NCBI GenBank assembly: GCA_964542585.1
Contig: CAZIUI010000001.1
Span: 16,824 to 80,823, forward strand
Length of the DNA stretch: 64,000 bases
DNA from: an uncultured Sphingobacteriales bacterium
GTDB lineage: Bacteria > Bacteroidota > Bacteroidia > CAILMK01 > CAYYUA01
Reading direction: 5' to 3'
Position numbers and translations under genes: made by a program. Each line of letters starts with the position of its first letter. Position 1 is the first letter of the stretch. This document shows, piece by piece, positions 57,201-64,000 of this stretch. The notes beneath the pieces were generated by a model that did no database searches, was not told the origin of the DNA, and was given only the letters and a program-made list of their open reading frames with translations.

Positions 57201-57611
57201 CTATTGATTAACAATGTTTAAGCGCTCAGTAATAGTTTTACCCTTTATATGAATTTTATAGAAGTATATACCCGGTTTAACATCTGACACATCCATTTTT
57301 ACGGTATGGATACCCTTACTGTAAAAGTCTTCATCCAAACTTTTCATCTGATTTCCTAGCAAGTCAAACAACTGAACAGAGACCTGCTGTGGGTTACTAA
57401 GTTTGAATTTGAAGTAGGAATATTCTCTAACAGGATTGGGGTAACTTCCTAAAAATTTAAGGCTATCTGGTGAAGGTTGTTCCACCTGATAGGTTACTAA
57501 TCCATGGGCATCCTTTCGGGCAATAGCAGTATTGTTAAACGTGTAAATCAAGGAAAATAAGACAAGTGTAAATAAGAAACGCATAAGCAAGAGGGCTTTT
57601 TTATAATACAA
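57201..57611 (-). CDS. Small secreted protein consisting almost only of a T9SS type A C-terminal sorting domain
   Basis: 136 aa. A signal/anchor segment, then ~25 aa, then SYPNPVREYSYFKFKL...VQLFDLLGN...GIYFYKIHIKGKTITERLNIV (CTD pattern). Confidence 0.65.
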   Translation of the reverse strand: MYYKKALLLMRFLFTLVLFSLIYTFNNTAIARKDAHGLVTYQVEQPSPDSLKFLGSYPNPVREYSYFKFKLSNPQQVSVQLFDLLGNQMKSLDEDFYSKGIHTVKMDVSDVKPGIYFYKIHIKGKTITERLNIVNQ

Positions 57612-57661
57612 TCTCTTTCATCAAATGTAACCATTTTATTTTACTCATTATTCATGCCATA

Positions 57662-58273
57662 TTAATGCATACGATCGCCCCTCACTTCTAGGTTATTGAT
57701 GATTTTCGCTTCTTCTTCAAGGAGCTCCCGCCAGCGCTTTTCTACAGCTTCCTCATCCAAATAAGCTTTAGCCAGGTTGATAAATAACCGGTAATGGCCG
57801 GCCTCAGAAACCATCAATTCGTAATAAAACTTCTGCAGCTGAGGATCCTCAAGGTTTTTATGCAACAATTTAAACCGCTCACAGCTGCGGGCTTCAATAA
57901 GGGCAGCGGTAAGAAGGCGGTCCATGAATTGGTCAGTCCCATCGCCACCTTTACGAATGTGTTTTAATAGCTGGTTTACATATTCATCCTTACGTTGGCG
58001 CCCAAGCTCAATTCCGCGTTTACGCATTTCATTTAAAACCGCACGGAAGTGGCCCCATTCTTCCGTCACAACCGGGGTAAGCTCATCCACCAATTGGGTT
58101 TTTTCAGGGTATTGTACGATCAGGCTAATGCAAGTAGTAGCTGCTTTTTGCTCACAGTAAGCATGGTCCGTTAAAATAGCCTTTAAGCTTATGGAAGCCA
58201 GATTCGCCCAGCGTGGATCTGTGGGTAAAGATAGTCCTAAAACGCTCTTATCCTTGGTTTCTGCTTGGTTCAT
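57662..58273 (-). CDS. miaE: tRNA-(ms2io6A37)-hydroxylase, diiron
   Basis: Diiron ligand motifs in four helices: CEQKAA, EEWGHF, EARSCERF, SEAGHY. Confidence 0.8.
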   Translation of the reverse strand: MNQAETKDKSVLGLSLPTDPRWANLASISLKAILTDHAYCEQKAATTCISLIVQYPEKTQLVDELTPVVTEEWGHFRAVLNEMRKRGIELGRQRKDEYVNQLLKHIRKGGDGTDQFMDRLLTAALIEARSCERFKLLHKNLEDPQLQKFYYELMVSEAGHYRLFINLAKAYLDEEAVEKRWRELLEEEAKIINNLEVRGDRMH

Positions 58274-58285
58274 AAACCTTGTTTT

Positions 58286-58747
58286 TTATTGTGTAGCGTC
58301 CATACTCAACAGCCACTCAGCTACTCGCTTTAAATAGGCCTCATCCTCATCATCAAAGGCATCTTTTTCAGTACTATCGATGTCCAGAACAAATGCTATT
58401 TGATCACCTCTAAAGCCCGGGATAACGATTTCACTTTGAGTCTCTGGGTGGCAAGCAATGTAGTTATCTAATTGGCTTACATCGTTAACCCTGTGAATAT
58501 GCCTTTTGCTAGCCGTCAGCCCACAAAGCCCCTTGCCGTAATCAATTTTGGTACAGGGTAAGGTTCCGGAATAAGGGCCTAGCACTAGTTTGTCAGGCTT
58601 AGCTAAGTAAAGGCCAACCCAGAATAAGCTCAATTTTTCTTGAAGCAGGGATAAAACATTGAGTTGATTTACAGCTATTGGTAACTCTTTATCAAATAAG
58701 CCCTCCAACGACTTAAGCAGTTCCTCATATTGGGTAACCTTTGACAT
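58286..58747 (-). CDS. GAF-domain protein, free methionine-(R)-sulfoxide reductase-like (YebR/MsrC family)
   Basis: 153 aa. FWVGLYL, LGPYSGTLPCTKIDYGKGLCG, IACHPETQSEIVIP, VLDIDS. Confidence 0.7.
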   Translation of the reverse strand: MSKVTQYEELLKSLEGLFDKELPIAVNQLNVLSLLQEKLSLFWVGLYLAKPDKLVLGPYSGTLPCTKIDYGKGLCGLTASKRHIHRVNDVSQLDNYIACHPETQSEIVIPGFRGDQIAFVLDIDSTEKDAFDDEDEAYLKRVAEWLLSMDATQ

Positions 58748-58981
58748 GGCATTCTGCTTTGCTACAAATTTACAAGGAAATCAGCGGTGTCCGAGATGAT
58801 AATTTACACCTCCTTTGTTTGTCATTACCATTGATAAGGTACTTTTAAAGGTAAGCTAATGAACAAGCCTAAAGGTTTTTCATAAGTAAAACTGTTTTTT
58901 TGCTTTTATAAAAAACCGGAAATTAAACCTTCTATAAAAAGTTAGAAGCTTTAAGACTTTGCCTAGAAAAACTACAACTGC

Positions 58982-60214
58982 ATGCTAAAACCCTCTACGA
59001 TAGCGCAATCCGTGGAAGCCCTATTTCCCGCAATAGTAACCCATAGACGCCAACTTCATGCTTACCCGGAATTGTCATTCAAGGAATATAAAACCGCCAA
59101 ATACCTAGCGGAAGTCCTGGAATCATGGGAAGTAGATTTTGAGCCTATCGCTGAAACGGGATTGGTAGCGTATATCAAGGGCGGTAATCCAGGCAGGGTC
59201 ACAGTTGCGCTCAGGGCAGATATAGACGCACTGCCTATAGCAGAGAATAATGCCACCACCTATGCTTCTCAAAATGATGGTGTGATGCATGCCTGTGGTC
59301 ACGATGTACATACGGCAAGCATGCTTGGGGTTGTAGCTTTTTTAATGCAAAACCGGGATGCCTTTGAGGGGACGTTCAAGGTGATATTTCAGCCGGGTGA
59401 AGAACAAGCTCCAGGTGGTGCCAATAAAATCATAGAAGCCGGCGGTCTTCAAGATCCGACCCCTCATGTAATTTTTGGGCAGCATGTTCATCCCGAATTA
59501 CCGGCTGGCCATGTCGGCATGCGAACGGGCCCTTTTATGGCTTCCTCCGATGAAATTCGGGTTACCATTGAAGGAAAAGGCGGCCATGCAGCGATGCCCC
59601 ATAAATTGGTAGATCCCGTTGTCGTGGCTAGTCATCTTGTTATTAGTTTACAGCAATTGGTAAGCAGAATGACCAATCCCACCATGCCTTGCGTCTTGTC
59701 ATTTGGCCGGATACAGGGTGATGGATCGAATAATGTGATCCCTGACATGGTGTACCTGGAAGGAACTTTCCGTACGTTTGATGAGCAATGGCGGGAGGAA
59801 GCTTTGGCCAAAATTCGTCATATGGTTCATAACCTTTCAAGTAGTATGGGAGCTGGGGCAGATGTGGGTATCAAACCAGGTTACCCGGCCTTGGAAAACG
59901 GGGAAGCCGTTACTAAGCGAGCCCGCCAGGCGGCTGAAGATTTTCTTGGCTCTGAATATGTCCATACATTGCCACCTCGTCCCACTGCAGAGGATTTTGC
60001 GTTTTATTTACAGGAAATTCCAGGATGCTTTTACCGGATAGGAGTTGCGGATCCTTCAAACCCAGCGGAGCAACATGACTTGCACACCAATCGTTTTGAC
60101 ATTGATGAGGAATCCCTCAAGACGGGTGTAGGCGTAATGGCTTATGTTGCTTTGCAGGAAATGGCCTATCAAGTTCAAAATCATGCAAATAAAAATCAAA
60201 ATACCACGAATTAA
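58982..60214 (+). CDS. M20-family amidohydrolase (N-acyl-amino-acid amidohydrolase/hippuricase-like)
   Basis: HACGHD, FQPGEE, GGHAAMPH. Typical length. Confidence 0.8.
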   Translation: MLKPSTIAQSVEALFPAIVTHRRQLHAYPELSFKEYKTAKYLAEVLESWEVDFEPIAETGLVAYIKGGNPGRVTVALRADIDALPIAENNATTYASQNDGVMHACGHDVHTASMLGVVAFLMQNRDAFEGTFKVIFQPGEEQAPGGANKIIEAGGLQDPTPHVIFGQHVHPELPAGHVGMRTGPFMASSDEIRVTIEGKGGHAAMPHKLVDPVVVASHLVISLQQLVSRMTNPTMPCVLSFGRIQGDGSNNVIPDMVYLEGTFRTFDEQWREEALAKIRHMVHNLSSSMGAGADVGIKPGYPALENGEAVTKRARQAAEDFLGSEYVHTLPPRPTAEDFAFYLQEIPGCFYRIGVADPSNPAEQHDLHTNRFDIDEESLKTGVGVMAYVALQEMAYQVQNHANKNQNTTN

Positions 60215-61490
60215 TATCGTATTTTCCTTTATAGGGTTGTTATACTTAGCACTTTTTTTGGCGCCGCTTTCGGGAATCGGGCAAACCATTCGCTGTGGTA
60301 CCGATCAGGTAAATGATCCGGACCCAAAAGACCGTGCGAAAACGAATGATTTGCAGCCTGGTTACGATGTTGGTCAACAACGTTTTCACGTGATACCAGT
60401 GGTGGTCCATATCGTTTATGATGCCCCGATCAATAAACTTTCCAAACCACTGGTTAGAAGCCAGATCGATGCATTGAATGATGATTTTGGCAGGGCAGGT
60501 GAATACAAGGATGTTGAAGTAGCCAATGGAGCTGATACCCGTATTCGGTTCTGCCTTGCTAATAAAGACCCTGAGGGTAATGTAACCGATGGGATTACCT
60601 ACACGAAAGTAAGCGATGCCGCAGTTCAGTTAAGGTCAGACACACCAAATAAAGCTAAACAAGCTATCCGCTGGCCTACGGATCGTTATATGAATATCTG
60701 GGTTGTGCGTGAGATCAAGAATAACGCTCCTAACCGCAGGATACAGGGATTTGCTTTTTTACCGCCTAATGCAGCTAATTCCGGCAAGGATGGCATCGTC
60801 ATGGATTACCGCTATTTTGGAAAAAGCAACCCTCGAAACAGGTATTTTAAAGAAGGAAGGGTATGCACGCATGAAGTTGGACACTACCTTAACCTGTTTC
60901 ACCCGTGGGGTCCTGGGGCTGAAAGTGGTTGTAATAAGGATGATCAGGTAGATGACACCCCTCTTTGCAAGGGTCCTTTTCAGAAAGTACAATCACCAAA
61001 TCCTTGCGAGTCCGACCCAATCCATGAATGCCCAAGATTTGAAAGGATGACCAGCAACTTCATGGAGTACAGCATTGATCGGTGCATGAAGGCCTTTACT
61101 GCAGGCCAACGCAAACGTATGCGTGATGCCATCACTGAGTACCGTTCTAAGCTGGTTTCATTTTCCAACATGACCAATACCGGATGTATCGATACCTATG
61201 ATAGCCTCAATAGCCGCGACACCTTTAACGCAGCCCTCTATCCTGAAGTCAATGCATTTCCTAATCCGGCTGATCAAAAGGTTTTTATAAATACCTTAGC
61301 TAAATCCGAAAAAATCCTGAGTGCTTCCCTTATGACACTACAGGGGCAAACTGTTAAAAGACCAGCACTATCGGGGATCAGAACTGGCAGGAACAGTCTG
61401 AACGTTAGTGATTTGAAAGAGGGCATATACATCCTGCAGGTAACTTTTGGCAATACCGTAAAGCAGCAGGAAATTGTTATTCAACATTAG
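60183..61490 (+). CDS. M43-like zinc metalloprotease (metzincin) with T9SS type A C-terminal sorting domain
   Basis: Signal peptide from ATG 60183. HEVGHYLNLFH is a HExxHxxxxxH metzincin spacing. The C-terminus FPNPADQKVFI...GIYILQVTFGNTVKQQEIVIQH is CTD-like. Confidence 0.75.
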   Translation: MQIKIKIPRINIVFSFIGLLYLALFLAPLSGIGQTIRCGTDQVNDPDPKDRAKTNDLQPGYDVGQQRFHVIPVVVHIVYDAPINKLSKPLVRSQIDALNDDFGRAGEYKDVEVANGADTRIRFCLANKDPEGNVTDGITYTKVSDAAVQLRSDTPNKAKQAIRWPTDRYMNIWVVREIKNNAPNRRIQGFAFLPPNAANSGKDGIVMDYRYFGKSNPRNRYFKEGRVCTHEVGHYLNLFHPWGPGAESGCNKDDQVDDTPLCKGPFQKVQSPNPCESDPIHECPRFERMTSNFMEYSIDRCMKAFTAGQRKRMRDAITEYRSKLVSFSNMTNTGCIDTYDSLNSRDTFNAALYPEVNAFPNPADQKVFINTLAKSEKILSASLMTLQGQTVKRPALSGIRTGRNSLNVSDLKEGIYILQVTFGNTVKQQEIVIQH

Positions 61491-61545
61491 GGTCCATTTG
61501 AACCTTTATTGAGGTCTGCTTATTAAATTGTAAAAATTACGAATC

Positions 61546-63396
61546 ATGGGCTTTGAAGCCTATCCCAAGTATATAAGAGATAAAGTAGCTGTCCTACCTG
61601 AAAAACCAGGGGTTTACAAGTACTTTGATAAAGACGGAAAGCTTCTGTACATAGGAAAAGCGAGAAATCTAAAGAAGCGGGTAACATCTTATTTCAATAA
61701 AAATACTGACGACAGCCGGCGGATCATGCTGATGGTGAGCAAGATCGATCAGATCGATTACACGGTTGTGAATACCGAGTACGATGCCCTTTTGCTGGAA
61801 AACAGCCTGATCAAAAAGCATCAGCCCCGTTACAATGTGGACCTCAAGGACAGTAAGACCTATCCTTACCTTGTAGTTACCAATGAGCGCTTCCCGCGCG
61901 TTTTTCCTACCCGGACTGTAATAAAGGATGGTTCAGAGTATTTTGGACCCTATCCTTCTGTTCGTATCATGCGGGTTATCATGGACCTTGTTAGGGAATT
62001 GTTCCCGATAAGAACCTGCAAGTACGACCTGAGCGAAAAAAATATCCAGGCTGGGAAATTCCGGGTATGCCTGGAATACCATATCAATCTGTGCAAAGGG
62101 CCCTGTGAAGGATTACAAAGCGAAGACAATTACATGGCCAACATCAAGCAGATCCGGGAGATCCTGAAGGGTAATACAGCCCAGGTTATCCGGCAGCTAA
62201 AACAGCTCATGCAGGATGCCTCTCAGCAGATGGAATTTGAAAAGGCAGACGATTACCGCAAAAAACTCAAAACCCTTCACAACTTCCAGGCTAAATCCAC
62301 GGTAGTGAATGCCAAAATCAGTAACGTTGATGTCTTTAGCATTTTAACCAAAGATCAAAAAGCCTACGTGAATTACCTGCGGGTTAGTAATGGCTCAATT
62401 ATTAGCACTTACACCCTGGAATTTAAGCCAAAAATGGAAGAGGAAGAGCAAGATATCCTTGCCATGGCCATCGCGGAAGTTCGGGATAAATTCAAGAGTA
62501 CGGCTTCCGAAGTGATAGTGCCGTTTGAACTGGAATTTGAAGGATCTGATCTAACATTTACGGTTCCTCAAAAGGGGGACAAGAAGAAGCTGCTAGAGCT
62601 TTCCCGCAAAAATGCCTTTTATCACTACCAGGATCGGTTGCAGCAGAGCCGTAAGCAAATGCCGCAAACGGAACGAACCCGACAATTCCTTGAGCAAGTG
62701 CGAAAAGACCTGAACCTTAATGAGCTTCCTTATCACATAGAGGGTTTTGACAATTCCAATATCCAAGGGTCTCAGCCTGTCTCGGCTATGGTCTGCTTCC
62801 GTGATGGTCAGCCTGCTAAAAAGGATTACCGGCATTACAACATTAAAACCGTGGAAGGGCCGGATGATTACAGCTCTATGAAAGAAGTGGTCCATCGGCG
62901 GTATCGCCGGCTTATGGAGGAGGAGCAAAGCTTACCGCAATTAGTAGTGATTGATGGCGGAAAAGGGCAATTGTATGCCGCTTATGAGAGTCTCCAAGCT
63001 TTAGGTATTTCTGAGCAGGTGGCTATTATTGGCATAGCCAAACGTTTAGAGGAGATCTATAAACCAGACGATCCCTACCCGTTGGCTATTGATAAAAGGT
63101 CTGAAACCTTGAAACTGATCCAGCGTATCCGGGATGAAGCGCATCGCTTTGGGGTTAGTCACCACCGTAAACGCCGGAAAAACAAGACCCTGCAAAGCGA
63201 GCTGGAGCAGATCAATGGAATCGGCAAGAAATCGGTGGATGCACTGCTCAAAAATTTCAAAGCTGTCAAGCACATTCAAGATGCTTCTGAGGAAACCTTA
63301 AGTACTGTTGTGGGAGCCAACCGTGCCCGCAAGGTTTATGAATACTTTCATCCATCTGAGCCTGAATCTGAGGAATCCTCTACTGAAACAGGGTGA
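61546..63396 (+). CDS. uvrC: Excinuclease ABC subunit C
   Basis: GIY-YIG (PGVYKYFDKDGKLLYIGKA), UVR domain, RNase-H-like endonuclease domain, and C-terminal HhH2 (INGIGKKSVDALL). Confidence 0.95.
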   Translation: MGFEAYPKYIRDKVAVLPEKPGVYKYFDKDGKLLYIGKARNLKKRVTSYFNKNTDDSRRIMLMVSKIDQIDYTVVNTEYDALLLENSLIKKHQPRYNVDLKDSKTYPYLVVTNERFPRVFPTRTVIKDGSEYFGPYPSVRIMRVIMDLVRELFPIRTCKYDLSEKNIQAGKFRVCLEYHINLCKGPCEGLQSEDNYMANIKQIREILKGNTAQVIRQLKQLMQDASQQMEFEKADDYRKKLKTLHNFQAKSTVVNAKISNVDVFSILTKDQKAYVNYLRVSNGSIISTYTLEFKPKMEEEEQDILAMAIAEVRDKFKSTASEVIVPFELEFEGSDLTFTVPQKGDKKKLLELSRKNAFYHYQDRLQQSRKQMPQTERTRQFLEQVRKDLNLNELPYHIEGFDNSNIQGSQPVSAMVCFRDGQPAKKDYRHYNIKTVEGPDDYSSMKEVVHRRYRRLMEEEQSLPQLVVIDGGKGQLYAAYESLQALGISEQVAIIGIAKRLEEIYKPDDPYPLAIDKRSETLKLIQRIRDEAHRFGVSHHRKRRKNKTLQSELEQINGIGKKSVDALLKNFKAVKHIQDASEETLSTVVGANRARKVYEYFHPSEPESEESSTETG

Positions 63397-63574
63397 TAGC
63401 TTGTTGTATGAAAGCCCATTGATATTGGTATCAAGTAATACCTTTTGCTAATCGATGGCCGGAATAAAAGATTGAGGCTTTTGATAGCTTCCAACCTTAC
63501 TAAACAGTACAATCCGTTACAAATGCTAAGTTTGAAAAGTTATCAATAACTTTTCCCAGAAGTAAAGAATTGGA

Positions 63575-64000
63575 ATGATCAATCTAATTATCGGGGTTCC
63601 AACGGTTCTTGTTTGCTTAGCCGGCTTCATCCTCGCTTACAAGCAATTCCAGAAAAACAAGGTATATTACGCCCTCGGCTTGATTATTCTATGTGGTCTG
63701 TTATTAAGGATTTTTATTTCAGCAGATCTACGCCTCCATTCATGGGATGAACGTTACCATGCGCTTGTAGCCAAGCATCTGATGGAATCACCGCTCTATC
63801 CTACACTTTATGATGATCCGGTCTTATCCTACAATTACAAAGACTGGACTCGGAATCACGTTTGGGTGCATAAACAACCTTTTCCGCTTTGGTCAATGGC
63901 ATTGAGTATGACAGTTTTTGGTGTTAACGAGTTAGCCTTAAGGTTACCCTCTGTTTTACTCACCACTATTGGCATCGGTCTAACATTTGCTATTGGCAGG
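63575..64000 (+). CDS. 5' part of a GT39/ArnT-like membrane glycosyltransferase (runs off the window)
   Basis: Open from ATG 63575 to the window end (142 codons, translated by hand, no stops). TM helices and WDERYHALVAKHL...HKQPFPLW...ALRLPS are typical of the PMT/ArnT-like family. Confidence 0.6.
   Translation, partial: MINLIIGVPTVLVCLAGFILAYKQFQKNKVYYALGLIILCGLLLRIFISADLRLHSWDERYHALVAKHLMESPLYPTLYDDPVLSYNYKDWTRNHVWVHKQPFPLWSMALSMTVFGVNELALRLPSVLLTTIGIGLTFAIGR

Noticed and set aside
60183-60214. A 32-nt overlap between the M20 amidohydrolase stop and the M43 protease start, considered as a possible sign of frameshift or fusion.
   Set aside because: Both proteins look complete: the M20 C-terminus is of normal length and the M43 has an intact signal peptide. 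Short overlaps are common in this window.
1-64000. Looked for CRISPR arrays, rRNA/tRNA genes, transposases, integrases, toxin-antitoxin pairs and classical defence systems.
   Set aside because: No regularly spaced direct repeats and no recognisable IS, integrase or defence-gene motifs in any listed ORF. Absence was judged by eye only, so a small or novel element could have been missed.

Overview
This 64-kb chromosomal segment reads as Bacteroidota. Support: four proteins carry type IX secretion (T9SS) C-terminal sorting domains, there is a DUF4835/PorD-like gene, the bamD-rpoZ-coaBC-DUF4835-recN synteny block is present, and TAnnTTTG-type -7 boxes occur. It is densely coding, with about 55 genes, mostly housekeeping. 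In order these are: an ECF sigma/anti-sigma pair, a tandem PrcB-like lipoprotein, thiL, a ~2000-aa T9SS adhesin, dnaB, clpC, fabI, recN, coaBC (interrupted by a frameshift), rpoZ, bamD, an alpha-oxoamine synthase, a histone-H1-like protein and pcm. Then come a polyamine module (AdoMet decarboxylase fused to spermidine synthase, plus agmatinase), an aspartate aminotransferase, an RfaE-domain-I-like kinase, yigZ and two T9SS metalloproteases. A complete 13-gene E. coli-type nuoA-N operon with fused nuoCD spans 35.7-50.4 kb, followed by the tRNA hydroxylases trhO and miaE, then uvrC. I recognised no rRNA, tRNA, CRISPR array, transposase or integrase. The most interesting locus is 50.4-53.7 kb, immediately after nuoN. 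It holds a monocistronic xanthorhodopsin-clade rhodopsin with a DTE proton-pump motif and a Trp-Gly at the carotenoid-antenna position. The gene is boxed in by two ORF-free, extremely AT-rich spacers and has no retinal or carotenoid gene nearby. It is divergently paired with an unrecognised 8-TM protein that shows a 4+4 internal duplication and has a perfect 10-bp inverted repeat upstream. Other points worth a second look are the -1 frame break inside essential coaBC, the fused speD-speE gene, the gammaproteobacterial-type Complex I in a Bacteroidota context, and the ~185-aa two-domain super-repeat in the adhesin. All family assignments come from reading motifs by eye and from memory of reference sequences. 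No BLAST, HMM or folding program was run, so start codons, domain borders and homology calls need computational confirmation.
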